From assembly GCA_000002435.2 (NCBI GenBank), contig CM018791.1: DNA of 64,000 nt; one strand, 5' to 3'. Each line of letters opens with the position of its first letter. The first letter of the stretch is position 1. The translations under genes and the position numbers were made by a program. The DNA is from Giardia intestinalis (taxonomy: Eukaryota). Positions 30,602 through 41,073 of this stretch are shown piece after piece. A model generated the notes under the pieces. It did not search any database and was not told the origin of the DNA. It worked only from the letters and a program-made list of their open reading frames with translations.

Positions 30602-31795
30602 CTAGTCTGATCCAGCAAGAGACATGGTAACTGGAATGCACGTGTTCACCCTACGTCCGTCGGAGCTGCCCTTTACGAGACATCCACAGCACATAATAAA
30701 TGGCCCGTTAATCGCAATCCTATTTGGCTTAATAGAAGCTGCGAAGTCATACAGCTTGTGTATCGTAATGGATTCTGTGCTGTAATTATAGCAGGCCAGA
30801 TACAGGCCACGATTCACCATAATTAAGACGTTATTGGATGGTGTCAGGGTCATCTGTAGTATATTCTCGCAGGGAATTTGAACGAGTTTCTCTGTGCACA
30901 CATTGCATACGTATAAGGAGTGATTGCAGCTGACATATATTAGGTCCATTGCGGAAACAATCTGGCTTGTAGCTCCAATAGAGTTAAATGAGCATGCCAT
31001 CAGCCGCTCTGTGTCGTATGAGGGAGGATAGTTCTTGATAAGCTTGTCTGCCTCACTGTACGAATAGATAACAGGAGATCCTGTGTTAAGGGCAAAGGCC
31101 GTTATGATTAAGACCCCATCCTGCTCATGGGCCGTGAACTGTCCATTAGATACTATACAGTCGTCTATTATGGCAAGGTACCGTAATCTGTTACCTGTAT
31201 CCCACCTGGAAATGACCAATTCATAGTGTTTGGTGGATGGCTCCGGGGCGCCTCGCTGAGACTTGCGCTCCTGGCTCGAGCTCATGTACTGATTCTCTTG
31301 TGCATGCGGAGTAAAATTATTCTTTTCTGCTAGCTTGAGCTTGAGAGATGCTTTAAGATTGTTCTTCCCCGGACAAAGGAAGGGAAGAGTTGAGTTTGTA
31401 TTACCCTGGTCTTTTATTTCTCGGGAGTAGATAATAAGGCTAGACACTGTCTCTACGTGGGCAATTACGTGTCCCGCCTCTGCTGTGAGAGAGCTGTATA
31501 CTTGCTTGGAGAGTAGGGGGTATGCATAGAGCCCCCTGGTTGTGCCGACAAGCACACACGGGGTTGCGGCGCCATTACTATATAATGCCATAGAACAATA
31601 GGAGCCTTGAAGCCTACAGAGAAAGTTGCAAAGGGTTACATTTTCTACTACATTTGATGTCACTAAATAGACGGCATTTCTATCTGTCACATAAACATAG
31701 TTTCCTCTACCAAAGACTGTTATCGCTATAAGCTCTGCAGTTCCTTCCTCACCAGTTTCGGGCCGCAAATTGCAAAGACTTAGCACCCCATCCAT
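30602..31795 (-). CDS. hypothetical protein (~397 aa)
   Basis: Long ORF. The start is chosen at ATG 31795 because 'ctaaaacaattttgtagg' lies immediately upstream; alternative ATGs at 31876 and 31909 are not excluded. Confidence 0.45.
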   Translation of the reverse strand: MDGVLSLCNLRPETGEEGTAELIAITVFGRGNYVYVTDRNAVYLVTSNVVENVTLCNFLCRLQGSYCSMALYSNGAATPCVLVGTTRGLYAYPLLSKQVYSSLTAEAGHVIAHVETVSSLIIYSREIKDQGNTNSTLPFLCPGKNNLKASLKLKLAEKNNFTPHAQENQYMSSSQERKSQRGAPEPSTKHYELVISRWDTGNRLRYLAIIDDCIVSNGQFTAHEQDGVLIITAFALNTGSPVIYSYSEADKLIKNYPPSYDTERLMACSFNSIGATSQIVSAMDLIYVSCNHSLYVCNVCTEKLVQIPCENILQMTLTPSNNVLIMVNRGLYLACYNYSTESITIHKLYDFAASIKPNRIAINGPFIMCCGCLVKGSSDGRRVNTCIPVTMSLAGSD

Positions 31796-31820
31796 CCTAC
31801 AAAATTGTTTTAGAGCGGGC
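31796..31820. promoter_or_regulatory. 25-bp bidirectional AT-rich promoter
   Basis: 'cctacaaaattgttttagagcgggc' sits between ATG 31795 (-) and ATG 31821 (+). Confidence 0.4.
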
Positions 31821-34800
31821 ATGAAACCCTTGTCGGCCGCGTTGGCCACAGCTAAGTTTGTCTCCTGTGTAGACATGTTCAAGAACCTTGGAGTTCCAAA
31901 TACCAACATGCTCAAGAAGGGGGCTGTCTTTACTGTCGTAGATCCAACGATTCGAAGAACTGTTCTTGTGGCTCAGGGCACGCCCCCAGCAGCAAACAAG
32001 TATACTATCCCGGCGACTCTCAACCCCAAATCGTATTGTCAGACACACAGATATGTATTTGTTCAGCTAGCCTCAAGTATAGGTGGGGAGGGGGAAATGG
32101 GCATTTATCAAATCGCATTTCTTTGTCACAGTAGCAGCGGTACATCAGTCAGGGTTGTGTTCACGAACATCTCGTGCCTCGAGCCCAAAGTAACGAGCAC
32201 GTCTATTGTCATTCCGTTAGAGCTAAACCGTTGGACCACCCTTGCCGTGGACATGGACCAAGTTTTCCGCAATGCGTACAGAAATGCTATCTCATACAAG
32301 GGGGTTCTTCAGTTTGAAGCCATGTCGTCCACCGTCATCAAGGGCGTCTATTTTTGCACCAAGCCTTTTACCCCCTATGACGTACCAGAAGTGATGCTGC
32401 TTCCTCTTCCACTTGAGTTAGCATCAGGGAATTACAAGTCTCGTTTCCAATCTGATATTCCTCCCCTGTTGCAATTTTATGATTGGATTGCTGTCGGCTT
32501 TGACAATGTAAAAGCAAACGATTTTCAAGCAAGCAATAACATTTACAAGAGCAACCTTTCCGGGCTGTGGCCAAAGCTTTGTACGCACGTTGATTTCTTC
32601 GATCCGTCCAGAAATGTTGCCAAGCATCCCACCGGGATATCTGGGGAGGTGGTTGCTAGGGTAGAAATCGAAACAATGGGTCCACTACCCACTAAGCTAC
32701 GTCCATCTTCTCGTAGGAACCGCGGGAGTACCTCCGCACAGCGAGGCACTGTATCCCTTCAGGATGCCGAAACCATTGATGCACGCATTAAGAGAACAAG
32801 GGGCGTTCAGAGTGCGAAGTACAATACCAAATCAAGCACGACAACGCTAGTGACTGCCCAAGTGCCAGGCAACGTTTCTCGCCGGCTATCTGCACCTGTA
32901 TCAGCAACTATCTCGTCAGAGAGTGAGAATGTGATGACAGTGCCAGTGCGCACAGCAAATATATCAGAGAAACGGAGTAAGAGAGAACTGGGGGCTGACC
33001 CTGTTACACAGAGACCTAAGTCATATGTCCAACCTACTAATCCTTTAACCGATGAGCCAGATATGTTCCTCCAGAAGGCGGATATTGAGATTCTTAACCA
33101 GGACGTTCCTGAGCTAAATGCTAGCACGCCAGAAAGCGGTGCAATCTTATCTATTTCAGACTCTCGACTCAGAAGTGACGGATGCTGCTCCGTGGAGACG
33201 CCCCTAACCGCAGCCATTTGTGCCCCAACAATTGCAATTACCCAGCCAGTCGCAGTGAAAAGTAAGGTCGATCTGCCAGTTCTCAACCCCTCTGATACCA
33301 CGCAGACATTGACAATAAACCAGCTCCTGGTGGACACTGGAGAAAGAGTTGACCAGGGGCTGCAAGATGGATTTGCAAAATTCAATGAAGGCATGACAGG
33401 TGTCAAGATACTAATAGACAAAATCTATTCACGGCAAAAGCAGATGCTTCGGCATATCAATACAGCAAATATGAGTAGCTTCCTTTTAATCAATAAGGTA
33501 CCGATGCGCTATCTTACACACATGTCTGCGCTTGAGCCTCAAATTACCATAGGGTTTCAATCAACGACTAGATTTATATATTCATTTCCCCACAAATCCC
33601 TGCTCTCTGATCCCCTATCGTGTCACAATGTGGCACGGGGGCTTCTGGATGATGCTACCGATGAGCAGTGTGAGGAGGCTGCGTGCCGGGTCCTCAATGC
33701 CACGTTTAACATGCGCCTTTTTGATTTGATGGAGAGAGCATGTTATCAACCTCCAGTCTGTGATAGTCCTGATGGTGTATCTTTCGCTAGGTCAAAAAAG
33801 GCTTCTAGACCATCCTCTACAAAGTCTCCGGCTAAGTCAGCACCCACTGAGGCCGCTACTGTGCCTGTCCTGGAGCAAGCCAATCAACTTGTTAATGAGA
33901 TATGCCGCCGAACCCTGGCTGCACAAGGGCTCACACCCACGAAGGTGTTTCCCCAGAGGCAAGTTATCCAGGATATTAACCGTGCCTCCATGATTGGGCA
34001 GTCAAAGAGGCGCCTCTACGATGAGAGTGCTGCCAAGATGGAACAACAGTATTCCAGGAAAAAGGTACGTGTGGCCGAACCTCTAACGTTAGCGTTGCAT
34101 CCGTCATCTGGCATCCAACCTGTGTACACAGGCTATCCTCTTGTTCTGTGCTTCCTGAGTGCCAATTATGTAGTTGCACTTCTATCCTTTTATGAATATA
34201 TAGTATCACATGATGGTAGCTATGCGGTGTCCCCGCTCAGGGCGCAATTCTCACTGAGCCATGACTACTGCATCCTCTGTCTCACGTCTATGCTTTTGCA
34301 GGATAAGCACAAGGAGCACACACTTGCACTTCTCCAGATAGATGACGACTCTCTTTCGAATACCTGTACAGAGTCCACCGATCCTGACCACGGTACTCCG
34401 TCCACAGAATGCCTCCACCAGATAGGATATAAGAGCATTCATCAGCAAGTCGGGCTCTACAAGCCCAAGAACTCAACTGAACCATTTACCTATGCACGGT
34501 ATAAGCAGTATAACGGGGATCTGAGCAATCAGACTTCACTAGGTCAAGCAGAGATCCAGGATATTATTGATACCTTGAGCTCTAGTCAGACTGCCGGAGA
34601 GATGAGTGACAAGCAGAGACATGAGTCCACAAAAGTTCTTCTCATTGCCTCTGCAAAGTATTCGCCTTTCGTAGCTGTGTTCTTCGGTACGTACTTGGCA
34701 CTCTTCGAAGTTATGCCCCTTAGTCTTTGCGCACGGCTCAAAGGGCTATTATTCTATAACAGCAACTCCGCCTTTCCACACATTATCCAGGCCGCGTCCT

Positions 34801-37800
34801 TTAGCGACGACTCAACCAAGCTGGTCATCGCTGGGTGCAACAGTTCACTGACTTCGGTAGTAACGGCCGTTATAGATCTAACTGATGCCATTGACCTATC
34901 CAACGAATTTATACTTCTATCCGGCATGGCAGTAGGTGATCAATTACAAGCTTCGCCGACCCTTGAACCAGTCATCCAGGTCCTGTTCCATCCAGGGTCA
35001 AACGACCAGTTCGTGACCCTGTCTGCCACACAATTCAGGGGATGGAGGATTAAATATATTCATGGAGCAGGGTATATTAAGTCTGTTGCAGTGGATATAT
35101 GTAACAAGGAGGTACAATCTAACCTAACCCACAATATCAAGAAGTATGTGTTGGGATACATCTCTGAGAATATCATGCAGCCTGAGAAGGCAAACAAGCG
35201 CTTTCTGTCTGTGCTTTTCAGGCTTATCAAGCGTTTTTCCAGGCTTCTGTTCACTGACATATGCTTTAGCGGACCAAATCGGGTTCAAATAGCAACTGCA
35301 TGTGGCGTGATACTTATCTTTAACTTTACTGAGATACTTCGGGACTCAAGCAAGATTATGCTTTTGCTTCCTAGTAACACACCAGACTACCGTCCTCTGG
35401 CTGCATGCGCCCTCTCAGTTAACCGGGTGCCGGAGCCACTGTTGGACTCCTCCATAAACAACTATATTATCTTCAGCAGCACCGATGGAATCGTTCGAAG
35501 CTGGACGAATAACTTTGAAACGTTGATTATGCAATCTCGCTTTAAAGCCCCAGTTGTCTATCTTCGCGAGGTCATACTTTCTGGGACAAGCCGCATGGAA
35601 GTAATCTCTCCGCCAGTGTATCAATCGGATTATGCTTCGAAGCAACCAAACGGTCCCCTGGGAATAATTGGGGACAGTAAGTTGGGTGGATTTTCCGGCA
35701 TTAGCAAATCGTCCTTTTATGATGATGATGCCATAAAGCACACTGTTGTCTATAGCACTATACCTCCAAATATTTCCAATCTTTCGTCTACCAGACCACG
35801 AGCCACTGATTTGTCTAGACTAGCTCCGCCAGTATATAATACATCTCCTCAGGAACCCCAGAACATCGATGCCCATCTTGCAAACAACATGTATTATATA
35901 AAAAGAGGCCCATTTATGTTACGGCAAGGGTCCTCTCTTATTCCAGATCAGCAATCAGACCAATCGACCATGGATCAGACAGCGACCATGGTGGCCCAGG
36001 ACCTCATTGGACAATTGAGCTACATAAACATGCTAGGCCAAAGAAGTAGGATGCGGCAAAGCATCACTCATGGAGAAAGCACTGGGTCTCAATATCCCTC
36101 TGTGTCTATTGATACCATTTTCTTTGACAGTGCCAGTGATACAAGTGACACTGGATCTAAGCAGCATGAAGTGGTCAACAATGGATTCCGACCCATTAAC
36201 AATGCCACGCAGAAAGACCCTGTTCTGAGCACTCTGCGAATGCACCACAACCACGGTGGCAGCTGCGCGGACTCAAAGACCCTAACTTCTCGCGAGACAG
36301 CAGATTCACTCAATAGGCAATTTAGGAACCTATTAACAACACATCTAAAAGGCAGCACCCAGCGCTTGGTATTTAATAATATAGGACTATCGTTACCTAG
36401 CGTGCCTACTCCAAGCATGAAAATGTTGCAGACTTTACAGGCTCCAACGTCCTCTGGAACATTTATGAGTGTCTGCCTCAACGGAGATGTGGGTCTATTA
36501 TCTGTTGGGGACAGCAAAGGGCCAGTTTACAACACAGTTCTCTGCACACAGTATAAGAACGTCATAGACGCCAGGATTGATCCAAAACACAACGAGGGAG
36601 TCGCTCTCACAAACAATGTGATCAACATTTTCAACTTAACCACGGGGCTGAGGTCAGTATACTTCAAAGTGGCAGATTCGGAGCCAGATACCAGCATGCT
36701 GATCAGCACATACAGCCCCCCTCTGGGAAAGTGCTGCTATCATCCAACTTCCTATGTGATAGCAGTCATGACAAATACCCTGAACTGCCTGCTCCTTGAT
36801 GTTTCTAACCAGACAGTCATCTATAATTGTAACCTCCGCAGCTTCCTGCGAGAAGCTTCAAAATTAGCCGCAGAGCGTTCTGCCAACGCAGAGCTAGAGA
36901 TGATAGCAGTCAATACAACCTACATGCAGTCCATGCACGTTGATGCCTCTATTTATGAGCAGGAGCTGAGCACGCAAGGAGAGTCTGAGCGGGAGGAGCT
37001 CGACTCGTGGATTGGCGAGACGAGTGAGACAATTACTTTTGACAACGATATCATATCTACGTCTAGAGGCGGGCATACAGAGAGCGCTGCCTCTGGGTCA
37101 CATGCTGCAGTCAATAATCGATCTAAGTCCATGCGGTCTGCTTCTGCACGCCAAGCAACTGCCCAGCAGGCTTACTCGGACATATTATCCAGGCAACCCC
37201 AGTCTGTCAAAGTGACTACGGGGTCAAAAAAGCAAGTCGAGGCGGCACTCTATTACATCGCAGAAAGCTACACGAAGATGCTTGTTACCGGTGAGTTAGC
37301 AAGGCCTTTGGAGACTAACCACAATATAATCTTTACTCCCTCCGGTTCTCACCTGCTCTTGTACATAGATAACTACCTATTTTCTATATGCACAAACGGC
37401 TACGCAGAGCTACGGTTGGTGTACATAAGTAACTTTCCAATCAAGCAGGTGGTAGTAGGTGTTAGCGGAGGGTCGTCTAGAAGATCTAGAGAAGTGTTGG
37501 CAATGATTAACTTGCGAAACGAGGTGTCGATCTTCTCAGTTGAAGGTCTGCTCCTCAATTCCAAGCCAAAAATGCTAAGAATAACTCGGTATCCACAATT
37601 AGCACATGCCTATGCATTTCAAAACATGGGCATTCCGTCTGACCGCTATCGATTCGATGACCTGGTACCTTTAATCAAAACACCTGTTCTGATAACCATT
37701 AATGCCATTACAGAGTCGCTTATTGTCCTTGTGGTAGACAGCATCGAAGTCCAAGAGCCTAGCAACATTACTGCTGATGAGAAAGTTATCAGGGACGCAA

Positions 37801-38441
37801 ACCGAGCAGGATATAGCATAGCTAAGGGGCAAAGTAGGAATTATGTGGCTGTGTACTCCATCCAGTCATATAGCTTCTCGACTGGCGAAATGGAGTACGA
37901 GATTCCCGTGCACATAGAGTCTGGCAACATCGGGGAGTACATCCCTATTTTCATAGCAAGCTCTCAATTGTCAGGGGCTATCGCCCTCTTCTTCCGAGGC
38001 TCCAATCGAACCAAGATGATCTCTATCCCCTTAAGTATAGTAGCAGAGGTAGAGATGGAGTTCAGTAAGATTCTTAATAAGCTCACACTGGGAGAGCAGG
38101 TGCAGGTTGATGCATACACAGATATGTCGCGTATTCGATGTAGCATACTAGAGTATCCGATTTATACGGTGGACCACGACTCCAGGTTAGATCGTTTTCT
38201 TGTAACAGGACGAGGTATGCAATCTGTAACTGTCTATACATGGAACACAGGGGAGTATGTGGAGTTCAGCTCCCTTTCGCAATGCATCGAACACGAAGAG
38301 GGATACGACGAAATGGTTAAGAGCTACTTGATAGACCAGCAGGTCAAGAGGGGCATGTCCTTTAATGACCAAAGGTCTAGTGTTGCACAGAGTGCAGCAT
38401 ACACAGACAAAGAAGCAGTTATCTTGACAATTAATACATAA
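31821..38441 (+). CDS. very large hypothetical protein (~2206 aa)
   Basis: Uninterrupted 6.6 kb ORF with coding-like composition and no recognisable domains. The start is chosen at ATG 31821; the ORF-track start at 31770 is non-ATG. Confidence 0.6.
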   Translation: MKPLSAALATAKFVSCVDMFKNLGVPNTNMLKKGAVFTVVDPTIRRTVLVAQGTPPAANKYTIPATLNPKSYCQTHRYVFVQLASSIGGEGEMGIYQIAFLCHSSSGTSVRVVFTNISCLEPKVTSTSIVIPLELNRWTTLAVDMDQVFRNAYRNAISYKGVLQFEAMSSTVIKGVYFCTKPFTPYDVPEVMLLPLPLELASGNYKSRFQSDIPPLLQFYDWIAVGFDNVKANDFQASNNIYKSNLSGLWPKLCTHVDFFDPSRNVAKHPTGISGEVVARVEIETMGPLPTKLRPSSRRNRGSTSAQRGTVSLQDAETIDARIKRTRGVQSAKYNTKSSTTTLVTAQVPGNVSRRLSAPVSATISSESENVMTVPVRTANISEKRSKRELGADPVTQRPKSYVQPTNPLTDEPDMFLQKADIEILNQDVPELNASTPESGAILSISDSRLRSDGCCSVETPLTAAICAPTIAITQPVAVKSKVDLPVLNPSDTTQTLTINQLLVDTGERVDQGLQDGFAKFNEGMTGVKILIDKIYSRQKQMLRHINTANMSSFLLINKVPMRYLTHMSALEPQITIGFQSTTRFIYSFPHKSLLSDPLSCHNVARGLLDDATDEQCEEAACRVLNATFNMRLFDLMERACYQPPVCDSPDGVSFARSKKASRPSSTKSPAKSAPTEAATVPVLEQANQLVNEICRRTLAAQGLTPTKVFPQRQVIQDINRASMIGQSKRRLYDESAAKMEQQYSRKKVRVAEPLTLALHPSSGIQPVYTGYPLVLCFLSANYVVALLSFYEYIVSHDGSYAVSPLRAQFSLSHDYCILCLTSMLLQDKHKEHTLALLQIDDDSLSNTCTESTDPDHGTPSTECLHQIGYKSIHQQVGLYKPKNSTEPFTYARYKQYNGDLSNQTSLGQAEIQDIIDTLSSSQTAGEMSDKQRHESTKVLLIASAKYSPFVAVFFGTYLALFEVMPLSLCARLKGLLFYNSNSAFPHIIQAASFSDDSTKLVIAGCNSSLTSVVTAVIDLTDAIDLSNEFILLSGMAVGDQLQASPTLEPVIQVLFHPGSNDQFVTLSATQFRGWRIKYIHGAGYIKSVAVDICNKEVQSNLTHNIKKYVLGYISENIMQPEKANKRFLSVLFRLIKRFSRLLFTDICFSGPNRVQIATACGVILIFNFTEILRDSSKIMLLLPSNTPDYRPLAACALSVNRVPEPLLDSSINNYIIFSSTDGIVRSWTNNFETLIMQSRFKAPVVYLREVILSGTSRMEVISPPVYQSDYASKQPNGPLGIIGDSKLGGFSGISKSSFYDDDAIKHTVVYSTIPPNISNLSSTRPRATDLSRLAPPVYNTSPQEPQNIDAHLANNMYYIKRGPFMLRQGSSLIPDQQSDQSTMDQTATMVAQDLIGQLSYINMLGQRSRMRQSITHGESTGSQYPSVSIDTIFFDSASDTSDTGSKQHEVVNNGFRPINNATQKDPVLSTLRMHHNHGGSCADSKTLTSRETADSLNRQFRNLLTTHLKGSTQRLVFNNIGLSLPSVPTPSMKMLQTLQAPTSSGTFMSVCLNGDVGLLSVGDSKGPVYNTVLCTQYKNVIDARIDPKHNEGVALTNNVINIFNLTTGLRSVYFKVADSEPDTSMLISTYSPPLGKCCYHPTSYVIAVMTNTLNCLLLDVSNQTVIYNCNLRSFLREASKLAAERSANAELEMIAVNTTYMQSMHVDASIYEQELSTQGESEREELDSWIGETSETITFDNDIISTSRGGHTESAASGSHAAVNNRSKSMRSASARQATAQQAYSDILSRQPQSVKVTTGSKKQVEAALYYIAESYTKMLVTGELARPLETNHNIIFTPSGSHLLLYIDNYLFSICTNGYAELRLVYISNFPIKQVVVGVSGGSSRRSREVLAMINLRNEVSIFSVEGLLLNSKPKMLRITRYPQLAHAYAFQNMGIPSDRYRFDDLVPLIKTPVLITINAITESLIVLVVDSIEVQEPSNITADEKVIRDANRAGYSIAKGQSRNYVAVYSIQSYSFSTGEMEYEIPVHIESGNIGEYIPIFIASSQLSGAIALFFRGSNRTKMISIPLSIVAEVEMEFSKILNKLTLGEQVQVDAYTDMSRIRCSILEYPIYTVDHDSRLDRFLVTGRGMQSVTVYTWNTGEYVEFSSLSQCIEHEEGYDEMVKSYLIDQQVKRGMSFNDQRSSVAQSAAYTDKEAVILTINT

Positions 38442-38444
38442 AGA

Positions 38445-40931
38445 CTACCAAGGCTCCCACCTGTGGAGGAAGAAAACCACGTTCGTATATCCATTAAGCC
38501 GCGCATAATCGCTTGCTCTACGGCCCATGGCGTCTTTCATCCCAGCCTCTTTTCCAATCATCAGTCGGACTAGCTCACTGTTTCCACAGCCGGCTGCTAT
38601 CATAAGCGCCGTTCTGCCTCTGTGATCCTGCATCTGTGCTTCTGCTTCATGCAAAATTCCTGCACACTCATAGTATCCCCGTGATACAGCCATCATCAGA
38701 GCGGTAGTTCCTTTCAATGTTGTCTGTCTAGAACCGTGCGGAGCAAGGATCCTTACCATGTTTCTATCATTCCTTAAGGTCATGTACATCAGTGGGGTGA
38801 TACCCGTACTGTCTGCAATATGCCCTTCAAACGGAGAGAGAAAGGCCATAATCTCTGGGTAGTAGTATCGCGTCGCTAGCATCAAAGCTGTCTCTCCCGT
38901 CCTATTCTGCATAGCTGCCTCCTTCTTCGCTAACAATCTGACAATCGAAAAGTTCCCGTGCTGGGCGGCATACATCAGAGCTGTGTACTTGCAGGAATCC
39001 TGGTATCCTGCCTCGTATGGAGCCAGGAATCGCGCGGCAAAAAGCTTATTCTTCCGAGCGGCAACCATAAGTGCTGATTCTCCCGCAGGATTGAGCCTGC
39101 CTGCTTCTAGTGGCGCCAGCACACGAACCAGCGAGGGGTTGTTAACACGTACTGCATACATCAGGGCAGTGTCTCCATGATAATGGCCATAGTCTTTTTC
39201 CTTCTTACCCAGCTTTCTAACCTGTAAAATATTTCCTGTTATTAGCGCCTTAATGTACTTCTTACTATAGCTCTTTGCTCGGTACTCGTTCAAAGGGACG
39301 CTTTTCCGCTTAGAAACAGAGGTCCAAACACTTGGAGGTCTAGAGCATGACTGTGCGCTGAACGTCAAGGCGCCGGGTGGCCCTTCTACTTCCTGCTCTT
39401 CATCTGGGTAACACAGAGATGGTAATATGCCATACTTAGTAAGACCTCTTTCATGAGCGTCTTCTTTGTGGCCGCTCTCAGTAACATCGTGCGACGGGGC
39501 GTCCATTGTGCTAAAGGAAATAGATATATCCTCCTTTTTCCTTATCATCTTGTGATGTCTTTGGGGCTTTTGTCTTTTTCTCTTAGCAGAATACTGTGTT
39601 CTAGACCCTGACAATCTCTGAGTAGGCCATGAAGGCGCTTGTCTGTTTGAAGCAACTCTTGACGCAGGACCCTTTCTTTTTGTCGAACTAAGTTTATGAC
39701 ATCGCCTACGTGGATTAAAAAGGGCTTTGACACGCCTGTAGGTCAGTGCCTTTGATTTTTGAGCCTTTTGTATTAGTTTGGACTTCTTTCCCCCGGGTGC
39801 TTTACCTTGCAAGCGACGAAGATAATTAAACTCGTGCCCATATACAGGGGAGGTGCTGCTCGAGCGCTCTGCCATGGAAGAAAACAGGATTTGATCTGCA
39901 GTGTTCGAGCTGCCATTCCCTGATTCATCAAGAGAACTGTGAGAGTCGGAGCTTTTCTCTGAGAGCAGAGAAGCCGACTCTACAGAAATAGATTTCCAGT
40001 TGGGGTCGTTCAAAGCAGAAACGGCAGGATCAGATTGCTGTATTAGAGTAAGGTCGCATAAATCTGTCAGTTCAGCGGATGGATTAGGAACCTTAGCTGA
40101 TAGGTTCGAATTAGCGAATATGGCAAAATGATTTGTAACTCCAAGGCGTTTGGCTAAGAGAGCAGCAGTATCGCCTTGGTTATCTCGTATATCTTCTTCA
40201 AACTTAACTAGCACGCCTGCCGCATCTTGTGCAGTATACAAAATTGCATACATGAGAGCCGTTCTTCCATATTGATCTTTAGCACTTACCAGGGATTGTA
40301 GGGCTTCTGTAGACAGAAGCTTAATTAAGTGATCACCATAGCCACACTTTATAGCCTCCATCAACCCATTGCTTCCATAGTTATTGCACAGGCACACCTC
40401 TTCCAGCAACATCTCTATCACTTGGGAAGATCCGCCGAGAATAGCATAGATCAGCGCAGTGTCACCTGTATAGTCCCTCCGGCCCAGAAGCCTCGCCTTC
40501 AAATCCAGCACGAACTGCGGTCGTGAGTACCAAGCGGCTTTCATAAGCATGGTTGCTCCCTGTTCATCCAGTACATACTGTTCGTAGTGCAGTAGTATGT
40601 TAAAGAGGGCAGCATTCCCCATCTGGACAGCCCAATGGAGAGCACAATAGCCTCTGTTATCGATGACCCCAGCTTCAACAAAAACAAGCAAAGACGCAAC
40701 GTCGGCATTTCCACTTCTTGTTGCAATGATCAGGGCTGTCTCCCCAGCATCGTTACGTTTTCCAGCATCGTGGTTCAGCAGCAACTTAGCCAGGCCCTCA
40801 GATCCCATCCTGGCCGCAACCATCAGCCCTGTGTTCCCGTTAGCTGCTCGCCAATCATCATACAAGGGGAGGAGGGACTCTATCTTCTTGTAGTTCTTGC
40901 TGTAAATGGCATCAAACCAAGCTCTTTTCAT
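38445..40931 (-). CDS. ankyrin-repeat protein ('protein 21.1' family), 828 aa
   Basis: There are two blocks of ankyrin repeats (GNTGLMVAARMG..., GETALIIATRSGN..., GRTALMYAIL...; C-terminal GDTALMYAVRVNN..., GETALMLATR..., GRTALMIAAGCGN...). They are separated by a Ser-rich low-complexity linker. ATG at 40931 is preceded by 'ccctatttatttcaga'. Confidence 0.8.
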   Translation of the reverse strand: MKRAWFDAIYSKNYKKIESLLPLYDDWRAANGNTGLMVAARMGSEGLAKLLLNHDAGKRNDAGETALIIATRSGNADVASLLVFVEAGVIDNRGYCALHWAVQMGNAALFNILLHYEQYVLDEQGATMLMKAAWYSRPQFVLDLKARLLGRRDYTGDTALIYAILGGSSQVIEMLLEEVCLCNNYGSNGLMEAIKCGYGDHLIKLLSTEALQSLVSAKDQYGRTALMYAILYTAQDAAGVLVKFEEDIRDNQGDTAALLAKRLGVTNHFAIFANSNLSAKVPNPSAELTDLCDLTLIQQSDPAVSALNDPNWKSISVESASLLSEKSSDSHSSLDESGNGSSNTADQILFSSMAERSSSTSPVYGHEFNYLRRLQGKAPGGKKSKLIQKAQKSKALTYRRVKALFNPRRRCHKLSSTKRKGPASRVASNRQAPSWPTQRLSGSRTQYSAKRKRQKPQRHHKMIRKKEDISISFSTMDAPSHDVTESGHKEDAHERGLTKYGILPSLCYPDEEQEVEGPPGALTFSAQSCSRPPSVWTSVSKRKSVPLNEYRAKSYSKKYIKALITGNILQVRKLGKKEKDYGHYHGDTALMYAVRVNNPSLVRVLAPLEAGRLNPAGESALMVAARKNKLFAARFLAPYEAGYQDSCKYTALMYAAQHGNFSIVRLLAKKEAAMQNRTGETALMLATRYYYPEIMAFLSPFEGHIADSTGITPLMYMTLRNDRNMVRILAPHGSRQTTLKGTTALMMAVSRGYYECAGILHEAEAQMQDHRGRTALMIAAGCGNSELVRLMIGKEAGMKDAMGRRASDYARLNGYTNVVFFLHRWEPW

Positions 40932-41073
40932 TCTGAAATAAATAGGGTCAGCGGTATGTGGAATCCAGGATGTGAGTGGCACTCTGTAAAGATTGACACG
41001 GCTTCTTGACAGAAGATAAACATTGACGGCGTTTAATTGTGTTAGTAATTTGAATTTAGGAGTATAAAATAAA

